This document shows positions 9,583-19,548 of a stretch of 64,000 nt of DNA, piece after piece. A model generated the notes under the pieces. The model was not told where the DNA came from. It did not search any database and worked only from the letters and a program-made list of their open reading frames with translations. The stretch's first letter is position 1, and the number at the start of each line of letters is the position of its first letter. The DNA comes from an uncultured Defluviitaleaceae bacterium. GTDB taxonomy: Bacteria; Bacillota; Clostridia; Lachnospirales; WRBF01. The stretch is from positions 25,270 to 89,269 of the forward strand of contig CAYXWM010000002.1 in the NCBI GenBank assembly GCA_964468805.1, given 5' to 3'. A program made the position numbers and the translations under genes.

Positions 9583-9959
9583 CAAAACAATAAGTAAATG
9601 TATAAAAAAGACAGGTGTTACACCGTCTATACAATAGATACAGTTATTCCGCCCGCCGGATTAATAATGCACAGTTAAAGATGCAGAGTGGCAATTCGGA
9701 ACGAAACCGTCATACCGGCAATTTTAAAAATTGACCCATGACGGCAATATACAATTGAATAATTTTGGTTAAATAACTACTTTAGATAAGTATCTTTACA
9801 GAGCTGACGGAAAACGACAACTTTTCGTGAATAACTCAAAGTTAATAAATTCCTCCGACGGTTTCTAAGATAAAAAATAAAACAACTCTTTCGCTAAGAG
9901 TTTACCGCCAATCAGATGATTTCTGAATAATCTAACCGCTTATTTTTTATTAAATGTGA

Positions 9960-11345
<1,386 letters not shown>

Positions 11346-11425
11346 TTTCAAGCTTTTGGTTACAGGTTTATTTTGACCTTAGTATCATCGGTATAGCCGG
11401 TTAATAGGGGTTTCCTTTCTCCGGC

Positions 11426-11576
11426 GAAAAAATGCCTTCAATCTTTTAAAATAATGATTCCATTTTAAGCAGAGGACAAAAATAATTGATTTTTTCCGGC
11501 GTTTCAAGGAAAAAACGATTATTTTTGTCCTTCATTTATTTGGAATTAGTATAATTGGCGATTGAAGGCATTTTTT
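11426..11576 (+). terminator. bclA-like gene terminator whose loop carries repeat B4
   Basis: GAAAAAATGCCTTCAATC (11426-11443) is the inverted complement of GATTGAAGGCATTTTTT (11560-11576), 17/17 matches. A-run and T-run flank the stem. The 116-nt loop is B4. Confidence 0.6.
11452..11553 (-). repeat. Family B repeat, copy B4 (reverse orientation; inside the loop of the bclA-like gene terminator)
   Basis: TAATGATTCCATTTTAAGCAGAGGACAAAAATAATTGATTTTTTCCGGCGTTTCAAGGAAAAAACGATTATTTTTGTCC...TGGAATTAGTATA. Confidence 0.9.
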
Positions 11577-11692
11577 AATCCTACAAAATATTGGTAGATT
11601 AATTCAATGAGTTATGTTATATTAAAGCAGTAAAACAGTTAATAGTAAATGAAATCGTTAGCGAAAACTATGTTAATTTACGAGGTGATTAA

Positions 11693-11923
11693 ATGGAAAC
11701 GGGAAACTGTAAGGATTGTGGCTTATTGGTTAAAAATGAGACGGGAAGTTATTGTTTTAAGACCGATGAGCAAATATCAAACCCCGAAAGTAGGACTTGC
11801 AGTCAATTCATACCCTTGCAATACGACGGAGACTTACCCTATACCCCGGAAGAACATATTTATTTGCATGAAAATATTCAAAAGAAAAAAACAATGACAA
11901 ACAGACAAGGGTTAAGGTTTTAA
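11693..11923 (+). CDS. Small Cys-containing hypothetical protein (76 aa)
   Basis: RBS gaggtga 4 nt upstream of the ATG. CKDCG...C...C pattern. Preferred over the overlapping ORF 11649-11897, which has no RBS. Confidence 0.45.
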   Translation: METGNCKDCGLLVKNETGSYCFKTDEQISNPESRTCSQFIPLQYDGDLPYTPEEHIYLHENIQKKKTMTNRQGLRF

Positions 11924-11925
11924 GA

Positions 11926-11955
11926 CCAACGGCATGAAGAATCCCGTTGTTTTCA
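11926..11955 (+). terminator. Terminator candidate after the small Cys-rich ORF
   Basis: CCAACGG / CCGTTG stem followed by TTTT. Confidence 0.4.
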
Positions 11956-12057
11956 AAACGGTTTCCGAGAATATTCTTCTAACCTGTAAACTAATTATAC
12001 GAATTTTTGCAGATGTAATATATTTGTAGAAGTAAAAAGCTAAGGAGCATGATTACT

Positions 12058-13644
12058 ATGTGTTTGAGGAAAGTTAAAAAATTGAGTTTCTCTCTCTCTT
12101 TAGTAGTTTTATTTATATGTCTTCAACCGGCATCAATCTTTTTTTGTGATTATGTTAAAGACTATGCAAACCATCAGGATGGTTACTTATGGAATTACAA
12201 TCTAAAAAAAGAGGAAATACAGGATTCTTTGATTAAGGCTGTATACTCAAATAATTTTTATGTTTCCCATAATGCATACAACCCCCAAACCAAAACCATA
12301 ACTTTGGATTTAATTTATACGGATTTTGATGAAGATGTAAAAATATACATAGCTGTAGATAAGACAAAGGCTTCCTTTAAAGATACAACCGGCCGCATTT
12401 TTTCTGTTAAAAAAACGGACTTACCGGATGAAAATTCTTCCTATATCCAACAGAAAAATGAAGCCATATATGTTCTGACCATACCTCAAAAGGTAATAGA
12501 GTCAAACGATAATAAAGTTGAGATTAACCTTAATGCGAATACCCGGGAGAATGACTCCGTTACATATAATTTTTTATTAACATTTCAAAAAAAAGCTTTA
12601 GAGCAAATATTTGAATTGGGTTTTGATTCTTTTAAAGATTCTGATTACTCATTACTTGAAAAAAAAGATAAAACGATTTTTCTGTTTAAAAGGTCAGACC
12701 CGGGTAACATAAAAATAGAAGATGTTAAAAGCTCCGACGAAAAGGTTTTACGGGTAAACTCTGTATTAACAGATAATAGATTTAACAGTCTCATGGCTAG
12801 AATTTATGTACACGGAGAGAACGAAGGGGTAGCCAAAATAATCGTTACCCTTAGCCGCAACAATATCAAGAAAAATATAAGTGCAACCTATAAAGTAGCT
12901 AAAGAATTGGAGCCTAAGTTTACAATTCTTCCTTTTGACGACGCAGTCAATAATAACAATCAAAAGGAATTGTCAAATAATAATGTCTTGTATATCTTCG
13001 ATTGTAATTTATATACACAGCTTTTTAGTATTCATATTGTTTCCGGGTTAAATCCCACGGTTAAGGTTACCGCTCCGTGGTTAGGTAACGATTTATATAA
13101 CCGAACTATAGATTACACAGTAAAAAGTTCTGATGAAAGTATTCTATATTTCTACAAACACAAAAATATACCGGGAGCAGTTATAAGGGGCGACGGTAAA
13201 ATTGACGTTACTTATGAATTTGAGTTCGAAGGCAAAAAATACCTTAAAAGTTATATCCTAAATATAATTAATTTCGGCAGTAAGAAAACCTCGGTTGTAA
13301 TGAACGGAAATCAAGTCTTTAGCGATATTGCTCCGACAGTAAAAGATGATAAAGTTCTGATTCCCATTACCATGCTTCAAGCCGGTTTAGTAGGTTACCG
13401 GATAGATTGGGACGGTAAAAAGCGTATGGTTACAGTGTATGATGCTGTAAACGAAAAAACTGCAGAATTATTTCCGGAAAGCAATCAAGTTTTCGTAAAC
13501 GGGAAATCCATTCAAACTACCGGAATCATGGAAACAGTTAACGGCAGAACTATGGTTACTCCCGAATTTATTCAACAGATTTTTAATTTAGATGTGAAAT
13601 ATGATAAAAGTGCCGATATAGTCTTTATTGATTACAAAATTTGA
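12058..13644 (+). CDS. Secreted/cell-surface protein with a C-terminal copper-amine-oxidase-N-terminal-like (stalk) domain
   Basis: N-terminal signal-like segment LSFSLSLVVLFICLQP. The C-terminal ~110 aa (VVMNGNQVF...VKDDKVLIPITML...VFVNGK...VNGRTMVTPEFI) is typical of this Clostridial domain. ATG 12058 has better RBS spacing than ATG 12049. Confidence 0.6.
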   Translation: MCLRKVKKLSFSLSLVVLFICLQPASIFFCDYVKDYANHQDGYLWNYNLKKEEIQDSLIKAVYSNNFYVSHNAYNPQTKTITLDLIYTDFDEDVKIYIAVDKTKASFKDTTGRIFSVKKTDLPDENSSYIQQKNEAIYVLTIPQKVIESNDNKVEINLNANTRENDSVTYNFLLTFQKKALEQIFELGFDSFKDSDYSLLEKKDKTIFLFKRSDPGNIKIEDVKSSDEKVLRVNSVLTDNRFNSLMARIYVHGENEGVAKIIVTLSRNNIKKNISATYKVAKELEPKFTILPFDDAVNNNNQKELSNNNVLYIFDCNLYTQLFSIHIVSGLNPTVKVTAPWLGNDLYNRTIDYTVKSSDESILYFYKHKNIPGAVIRGDGKIDVTYEFEFEGKKYLKSYILNIINFGSKKTSVVMNGNQVFSDIAPTVKDDKVLIPITMLQAGLVGYRIDWDGKKRMVTVYDAVNEKTAELFPESNQVFVNGKSIQTTGIMETVNGRTMVTPEFIQQIFNLDVKYDKSADIVFIDYKI

Positions 13645-13665
13645 TAATGCCATATTATAAGAAAG

Positions 13666-13700
13666 CCCTGCAAATCAAATATTTGTAGGGTTTTCTCTTT
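13666..13700 (+). terminator. Rho-independent terminator after the surface-protein gene
   Basis: CCCTGCAAAT / ATTTGTAGGG stem (one G-U pair), 5-nt loop, followed by TTTTCTCTTT. Confidence 0.65.
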
Positions 13701-13747
13701 ACTTTATCTTTAATTAAACAAGAATTGTAAAAAATTTAATTTTATAC

Positions 13748-13776
13748 TTGACAAATGAATTGTATTACTGTACTAT
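13748..13776 (+). promoter_or_regulatory. SigA-type promoter of the YtrA-type operon
   Basis: TTGACA (13748-13753), 17-nt spacer, TACTAT (13771-13776). Confidence 0.55.
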
Positions 13777-13812
13777 TGTATTAAGTTATTAGTACAATAG
13801 TACAGTAATACA
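13761..13812. promoter_or_regulatory. Perfect 20-bp inverted repeat; candidate operator for the YtrA-type GntR regulator
   Basis: TGTATTACTGTACTATTGTA (13761-13780), 12-nt spacer, TACAATAGTACAGTAATACA (13793-13812). Overlaps the -10 box and ends at the RBS. Confidence 0.65.
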
Positions 13813-13826
13813 AAGGAGGTGTAACT

Positions 13827-14216
13827 TTGGATTGGACCTTAAAATCCGAACGTCCCATTTTTAAGCAATTGATGGAGCAGATTCAAATGCAAATCATTGC
13901 GGGTATATATTTGCCGGGAGATAAATTACCGTCGGTCAGAGAATTGGCGGCCAATGCGGCGGTTAATCCAAACACCATGCAAAGAGCTTTATCCGAACTG
14001 GAACAAAGCGGATTAATTTATTCTCAAAGAACGAGCGGTAGATTTATTACGGAGGATAAAACCATGATAGAGCAAGCGAGGGATAGCATCGCCAAGGAAT
14101 ATACCAAAGAATTTTTAGATAACATGAAAAATATCGGTTATGGTAAAAATGATGTTATTAATATGATAGAGCAAGCGGACGAGGAGGAACAAGATGAGCA
14201 TTCTTCTGGAATGTAA
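13827..14216 (+). CDS. GntR-family transcriptional regulator, YtrA subfamily
   Basis: 129 aa with a winged HTH (PGDKLPSVRELAANAAVNPNTMQRALSELEQSGLI) and a short C-terminal helix pair. TTG start after aaggagg. Confidence 0.85.
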   Translation: MDWTLKSERPIFKQLMEQIQMQIIAGIYLPGDKLPSVRELAANAAVNPNTMQRALSELEQSGLIYSQRTSGRFITEDKTMIEQARDSIAKEYTKEFLDNMKNIGYGKNDVINMIEQADEEEQDEHSSGM

Positions 14217-14892
14217 AGACATAAATAAAATTTACGGCAAGAAGCAAGCTTTAAATAATATTAATTTAAAAATAGGTGAGGGAAAAATAGTTGGGCTTTT
14301 GGGACCTAACGGCAGCGGAAAAACTACCCTTATAAAGCTTGCCAACGGCTTACTTAAACCCACTTCCGGTACGTTTTTGATAAACGGCAAAGAGCCGGGT
14401 ATAGAAACAAAAAAAATCGTCTCATACCTTCCGGAGAGAACTTATTTAAGCAATTGGATGAAGGTTTCGGACATTATTAATTTCTTTAGCGACTTTTACT
14501 CCGATTTTGATAAGGTTAAAGCTAACGAAATGTTGTCCAGACTTAGCATAAATCCCAAGGACAGTCTTAAAACCATGTCTAAGGGAACAAAGGAAAAGGT
14601 TCAACTGATTTTGGTAATGAGTCGCCAAGCTAAACTTTATCTCCTTGACGAACCCATAGGCGGTGTTGACCCTGCTGCCAGAGATTTAATCCTAAACACC
14701 ATAATTTCCAACTATTCCGAGTACGCAAGCATTATCATTTGCACTCATTTGATTTCCGATATTGAGCAGGTGTTGGATGAAGTTTTGTTCCTTTCAAAGG
14801 GCGAAATAGTAATGCAAACCACGGTAGACGATATTAGGCAAAATGAAGGGAAGTCTGTTGACAGTCTTTTCAGGGAGGTTTTTAAATGCTGA
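14194..14892 (+). CDS. ABC transporter ATP-binding protein
   Basis: Walker A GPNGSGKTT, signature MSKGTKEK-like, Walker B LYLLDEP. Overlaps the GntR gene. Confidence 0.9.
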   Translation: MSILLECKDINKIYGKKQALNNINLKIGEGKIVGLLGPNGSGKTTLIKLANGLLKPTSGTFLINGKEPGIETKKIVSYLPERTYLSNWMKVSDIINFFSDFYSDFDKVKANEMLSRLSINPKDSLKTMSKGTKEKVQLILVMSRQAKLYLLDEPIGGVDPAARDLILNTIISNYSEYASIIICTHLISDIEQVLDEVLFLSKGEIVMQTTVDDIRQNEGKSVDSLFREVFKC

Positions 14893-15650
14893 CAAAATTA
14901 CTTAAATATGAGTTTAAAGCCACGGGAAGGTTGTTTATCCCCATTTTTGCCGGAGTAATAGTTCTTTCGTTAATCAATAAATTATTCTATATGTTTAAAG
15001 ACAATCCATTTTTCGGCATTTCTTATAACATACTCATGACGGTTTTCGGGGCATTGTTGGTGTTAATGTACGGGCTGACCGTGACAATGATGATACAACG
15101 GTTTTATAAAAACTTGCTGGGCGATGAAGGATATTTGATGAATACTCTTCCCGTAAGACCAAGCAGTCATATTCTCTCCAAACTGATAGTCTCTGTGGTT
15201 TGGGTGATTGCTTCGTTCGCTGTAATGATGGTATCTGTATTCTTGCTTACCGTAAATACAGAAATCATGGATGACATACTTTATTTCCTGTCGCATTTAT
15301 CTGCAAAGGATTTTTGGCTGGTTGTAGAAATAAAATTATTAGTTGTTATATCCACCGCCGCCACCACTTTGCTAATTTATACAGCTCTTTGCTTGGGGCA
15401 TTTATTCAACAAACACAGAGTAGCGGCTTCTTTTGGGGCATATATCGGAATCACTTTGTTACTTCAGATTGTATTTTCAACCCTTGAAAAAATGGGTTTA
15501 TTCAGAAGTTTTGTATCGATAATTTTTCAAAACAAACAATTTACACCTCATTTAATCGGCTTATTTTTAACTGTAATTAGCCTGGTAATAGGCGTAGCGG
15601 CATATTTCACAACCAATTATTTGCTGAAAAATAAACTCAACCTTGAATAG
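14886..15650 (+). CDS. ABC-2-type transporter membrane protein
   Basis: 254 aa with about 6 TM segments. Translationally coupled to the ATPase gene by a 7-nt overlap. Confidence 0.6.
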   Translation: MLTKLLKYEFKATGRLFIPIFAGVIVLSLINKLFYMFKDNPFFGISYNILMTVFGALLVLMYGLTVTMMIQRFYKNLLGDEGYLMNTLPVRPSSHILSKLIVSVVWVIASFAVMMVSVFLLTVNTEIMDDILYFLSHLSAKDFWLVVEIKLLVVISTAATTLLIYTALCLGHLFNKHRVAASFGAYIGITLLLQIVFSTLEKMGLFRSFVSIIFQNKQFTPHLIGLFLTVISLVIGVAAYFTTNYLLKNKLNLE

Positions 15651-15667
15651 GTCCGGGAGGGTTATAA

Positions 15668-16441
15668 ATGAAAAAGTTTCTTTTGGCTTCCATATCCATG
15701 TTAATATCAATCACCTGTTCGGGTTGTTTTTACGACTACAATACCTTTGAAGGCAACAAAAACATCGCAAGCATCTCAAGAGAATTAACTTCGGACAGAT
15801 ACAGCCTTGTAATCAAAGATTTGAACTTTAGCTTTATCGGCATCAGCAGGTCCAAAAAGATTGTTATTGATGAAAACATAGGCAATTCCATTTCCCTTAC
15901 TACCGACGAAAACATACTGGGAACCATTAACATAGACATAGACGATACCTCAAAAGTTATCACCGTTAAAGGAGATAACGACAAGCGTTATAAAACCGAA
16001 AGTTTTACCTTAAACGTAGGCTCAATAATAGAGGATATAACCCTTGACGGAGAATTTTCGTTGGATATTAACCAACCCAACGCAACAAACTTTTCCGCCC
16101 GATTAAGCGGTGCCTTTGACGGTTCCTTCAACCTTGGTAAACCGGAGAGCTTCATGCTGGATATATCCGGGGCAAGCAGCTTAAAAATTACAGGTGAATG
16201 CCAAAACAGCAGCATAGAAATATCGGGAGCCTCCGACATAGACGCATCCCAATTTATTACAGCGGTTAGCGATGTGGAAATTTCCGGTGCGGCAAGTGCA
16301 AAGGTCTATGCTACCGATAGCTTAACGGCTGAAATAAGCGGCGTGGGTGATATTGTATATTACGGCAACCCCGCAATCATAAATAAAGATATTTCCGGGC
16401 TTGGCTCTATTGAAGCGGGAACACCCGGCGATAATTCTTAA
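15668..16441 (+). CDS. Lipoprotein with a DUF2807 / GIN-head-like beta-helical domain
   Basis: Lipobox ITCSGC. Repeated ISGASD / ISGAAS / ISGVGDIVYYGNP segments typical of DUF2807. Last gene of the YtrA-type operon. Confidence 0.6.
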   Translation: MKKFLLASISMLISITCSGCFYDYNTFEGNKNIASISRELTSDRYSLVIKDLNFSFIGISRSKKIVIDENIGNSISLTTDENILGTINIDIDDTSKVITVKGDNDKRYKTESFTLNVGSIIEDITLDGEFSLDINQPNATNFSARLSGAFDGSFNLGKPESFMLDISGASSLKITGECQNSSIEISGASDIDASQFITAVSDVEISGAASAKVYATDSLTAEISGVGDIVYYGNPAIINKDISGLGSIEAGTPGDNS

Positions 16442-16477
16442 TCAACTTTTTTAACGATACAGAGAAGGGTTTTTGGT

Positions 16478-16540
16478 GGGTGTTGGGTTATACTTAACTT
16501 GCAATTAAGTATAATTTTAACACCCTTCGTTTTATATTTT
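16478..16540 (+). terminator. Composite hairpin/terminator after the DUF2807 gene, containing the mini-A hairpin
   Basis: GGGTGTT...[TATACTTAA cttgc AATTAAGTATA]...AACACCC, followed by TTCGTTTTATATTTTTTT. Confidence 0.45.
16489..16513. repeat. Family A terminal-inverted-repeat-only hairpin
   Basis: TATACTTAACTTGCAATTAAGTATA, nested between GGGTGTT (16478-16484) and AACACCC (16519-16525). Confidence 0.6.
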
Positions 16541-16816
16541 TTTGCAGCTTTAGCAGTGCTTCAAAGGCTATTGCCGGAGTATATGTAATAAATATTTTTA
16601 GATGTACATATGGCTTGTAAAATATTCTTATTTGGGAATGCGGTATATTTTCGACATATAAGCCTATAATACTTTAACATAACTCTTTAATCATCAATCC
16701 CAATTGAAAAATATAACCGTATCCTTATTTAACGACGCCAAAGAAATTTAACTCATACATTCCCAAAAATACTGTTTTATTGGGGATTTTCGGTCTTTAG
16801 AGCCTATCCCCACAGC

Positions 16817-16844
16817 TTGACATTACCCAAACTTGTGTTATGAT
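16817..16844 (+). promoter_or_regulatory. Extended -10 promoter upstream of the small ORF and ychF
   Basis: TTGACA (16817-16822), 16-nt spacer, TGtTATGAT (16836-16844). Confidence 0.5.
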
Positions 16845-16871
16845 ATAAGAAATCGAAAAGGAGGGTTTTTC

Positions 16872-17069
16872 ATGATTAGTAATGTACGTGTCAGAAAACA
16901 TTATCGTGCTGCACAACGTGAAATAGAACAATCGGAAAACAAGGGTTTATTAATACCCGAAGATAAAAAATTATTGGTTTTATTGGGAATAGTAACAGTT
17001 ATACTTGGTGCGTTTGTTAAAGGGTTATTTTTCGGTTATCTTGCAGGAAAGCGTAACAGAGATATATGA
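16872..17069 (+). CDS. Small membrane protein (65 aa)
   Basis: RBS aaaggaggg 7 nt upstream of ATG 16872. One TM segment LLVLLGIVTVILGAFVKGLFFGYL. Its stop overlaps the ychF start (ATGA). Confidence 0.45.
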   Translation: MISNVRVRKHYRAAQREIEQSENKGLLIPEDKKLLVLLGIVTVILGAFVKGLFFGYLAGKRNRDI

Positions 17070-18154
17070 AACTTGGTATAGTCGGCTTACCCAACGTGGG
17101 TAAGAGTACGCTGTTTAATTCCCTTACACAAGCCGGAGCCGAATCCGCAAACTATCCTTTTTGCACCATAGACCCTAACGTAGGAATAGTAGCGGTTCCC
17201 GATGAAAGGCTTAATAATCTGCATGAAATGTATAATGCGGAAAAATTAACCCCTGCAATTATTGAGTTTGTGGATATAGCCGGGCTTGTTAAGGGAGCCA
17301 GCAAGGGTGAAGGTCTGGGAAACAAATTCCTTGCACATATCAGAGAAGTGGATGCCATTGTTCATGTGGTTCGTTGCTTCGAGGACAGCAATATTGTTCA
17401 CGTAGATGAAAACGTAAACCCCATTCGTGACATCGAGACCATTAACCTGGAGCTGATTTTGGCTGACCTGGACTTTTTGGAACGCAGAATAGCAAAAACC
17501 GCAAAGTCTGCCAAAGGCGATAAAAGTCTCCAAAAAGAACTGGACGTACTTAACACTTTAAAAGAGGCGTTAGAACAGGAAACCTGTGCTCGGAACGTCC
17601 TTTTTTCAAGTCCGGAAGATTTGGAATTGGCAAAATCTTTCAACCTTCTTACCCTTAAACCCGTACTCTATGCCGCAAACGTAAACGAAGATGACCTGCT
17701 TACCGATAACTCCCATGTCCAAAAAGTAAGAGAATTTGCCCGTGCCGAAGGCTCCTCCGTCTTTACGGTCTGTGCAAAAATAGAACAGGAAATTTCAGAG
17801 CTCAGTCCTCAAGAGAAAATAGAATTCTTAAACGACATGGGGCTCTCCGAAAGCGGCCTAAACCGCTTAATCAACGCCAGCTACGATCTTTTGGGCCTTA
17901 TCAGCTTCCTTACAGCCGGCCCCAAAGAAGTCCGTGCCTGGACCATCACCAAAGGAACCAAAGCTCCCCAAGCCGCCGGCAAAATCCATTCCGATTTCGA
18001 ACGTGGCTTTATCCGTGCCGAAGTAGTCAATTACGACCACCTTATCAGCCTAAGATCCTATCCCAAAGCGAAAGAAGCCGGGTTGGTTAGGTTGGAGGGT
18101 AAAGAGTATGTTGTGGCGGATGGAGATGTGATTTTGTTTAGGTTTAATGTGTAA
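17066..18154 (+). CDS. ychF: Ribosome-binding ATPase YchF
   Basis: MKLGIVGLPNVGKSTLFN G1 motif, DIAGLVKGAS, and a C-terminal TGS-like domain (AWTI..GT.AP.AAG.IHSDFERGFI). Confidence 0.95.
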   Translation: MKLGIVGLPNVGKSTLFNSLTQAGAESANYPFCTIDPNVGIVAVPDERLNNLHEMYNAEKLTPAIIEFVDIAGLVKGASKGEGLGNKFLAHIREVDAIVHVVRCFEDSNIVHVDENVNPIRDIETINLELILADLDFLERRIAKTAKSAKGDKSLQKELDVLNTLKEALEQETCARNVLFSSPEDLELAKSFNLLTLKPVLYAANVNEDDLLTDNSHVQKVREFARAEGSSVFTVCAKIEQEISELSPQEKIEFLNDMGLSESGLNRLINASYDLLGLISFLTAGPKEVRAWTITKGTKAPQAAGKIHSDFERGFIRAEVVNYDHLISLRSYPKAKEAGLVRLEGKEYVVADGDVILFRFNV

Positions 18155-18176
18155 AATTCAATACTAATAAACCCTC

Positions 18177-18210
18177 AAAGCGTTGTGTCTAAGCAACGCT
18201 TTTTATTTTT
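18177..18210 (+). terminator. Rho-independent terminator after ychF
   Basis: AAAGCGTTG / CAACGCTTT stem, 8-nt loop, TTTTATTTTT tail. Confidence 0.8.
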
Positions 18211-18238
18211 ATATAAATTAGACAAATTTTGCTTTTAT

Positions 18239-18266
18239 TTGACAACAAGTTATGGTAAAATATAAT
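18239..18266 (+). promoter_or_regulatory. SigA-type promoter of the zeta-like kinase gene
   Basis: TTGACA (18239-18244), 16-nt spacer, TATAAT (18261-18266). Confidence 0.6.
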
Positions 18267-18299
18267 TCCACACTTATCCATGAGGAGCAGTGGTAAGTA

Positions 18300-19214
18300 A
18301 TGATAAAGTTGTGTAGAAATATTACATGTGATGAATTGCTTGAACCGTTTGTGGAGAATATTTTAAACATTAAAAATAAAGCAGATAAACGTTCTGCAAT
18401 CAATTCTATTTTGGAAGCTGAGGAAAATCTCTATAAATACTACAAAAGCCAAACCATGATATATACTGAATTCAGGGACTTTGAGTATAGAGACGATGAT
18501 GTGAGACATGAATTAAGATTGAAAATTTTAAACGAATTGATAGACTTTGAACGCACCGAAAAAGACGACGATATTACCCTAAATACCGGCGGAGCAAAAC
18601 CCCGGGGCATGGCACCGAGAGCAGAAAAGAAAATTTATTACATAATCGGTTTGCCGGCATCGGGAAAATCGGGTATATCTAACACAATAGCTGATTTAAC
18701 AGGTTCTTATATTTTGGATTCGGATATGGCAAAACGTAAACTTCCCGAATATTATAATAAAAAAGGGGGTGCAACATTAGTTCATAACGAATCTGACCAT
18801 ATAGTCTTTTCATATCAAGATGAAGAGAGCAACAAGCTTAATTTATATTATTTTTGCGTAAACAATGGTTATAATATTGTTGTACCCAAAATAGGTTATA
18901 ATATTGATGCAATTCTAAAGTTTATAGAACCCTTGAAAGAACGTGGGTATTCTGCTTATTTGGTTTTGGTGGATTTAGAGAGGTTAAAAGCAACCCAAAG
19001 AGCTTACAATCGCTTCAAACAAACGTCTCGTTATGTTCCATTATCCGTAATTTACGACGGATACGGAAACGATCCCATTTTAAATTATTACAGAATAAAG
19101 CAAAGACACTTTGATAGTTTTAAAGGATACTTACAGATCAGCACCGACGTTGATCTAGGTCAAAATCCAACTATTATCGAAAACGTTAATATAGATAATT
19201 TTACTTTTGGTTAG
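18300..19214 (+). CDS. Zeta-toxin-domain P-loop kinase with a ~110-aa N-terminal extension
   Basis: Walker A GLPASGKSG, downstream ILDSDMAKRKL (Asp/Arg pair) and QRAYNRFKQTSRYVP, all resembling zeta/PezT-family motifs. Promoter TTGACA-16-TATAAT upstream. Confidence 0.55.
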   Translation: MIKLCRNITCDELLEPFVENILNIKNKADKRSAINSILEAEENLYKYYKSQTMIYTEFRDFEYRDDDVRHELRLKILNELIDFERTEKDDDITLNTGGAKPRGMAPRAEKKIYYIIGLPASGKSGISNTIADLTGSYILDSDMAKRKLPEYYNKKGGATLVHNESDHIVFSYQDEESNKLNLYYFCVNNGYNIVVPKIGYNIDAILKFIEPLKERGYSAYLVLVDLERLKATQRAYNRFKQTSRYVPLSVIYDGYGNDPILNYYRIKQRHFDSFKGYLQISTDVDLGQNPTIIENVNIDNFTFG

Positions 19215-19225
19215 GAGGTATTCCC

Positions 19226-19420
19226 ATGTCAGGATTACTTATGAGTTTAAACAGGAAAGAAAATTTAAAAAGAAAAAACATGGTTGCCCGTAAAATCAGT
19301 AACATTCCATTAAAGTATGCCCTAATAGACCAAAGCACAGCCGGATATGTCAGGGCATATTGTGATGAATTGGACAGCATAGACAGAGCAACCAATATGA
19401 TTAAATCAGAAAAAGATTAA
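19226..19420 (+). CDS. Small hypothetical protein (64 aa), coupled to the zeta-like kinase gene
   Basis: RBS taggagg 7 nt upstream of the ATG, 11 nt after the preceding stop, and followed by a terminator. Confidence 0.45.
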   Translation: MSGLLMSLNRKENLKRKNMVARKISNIPLKYALIDQSTAGYVRAYCDELDSIDRATNMIKSEKD

Positions 19421-19446
19421 GAAGCGGAGCACCGTTTCTTTTTTTA
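19421..19446 (+). terminator. Terminator after the 64-aa ORF
   Basis: GAAGCGG agca CCGTTTC (one G-U pair) followed by TTTTTTTT. Confidence 0.6.
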
Positions 19447-19548
19447 TCCCTTTCTTAACGTATTATGACTTGAAATTATTATAATTGTAAAAATAAAAAA
19501 GCCGTCCCAACAAGTATTACATACTCCCCGAGACAGCCCCTTACTTCT

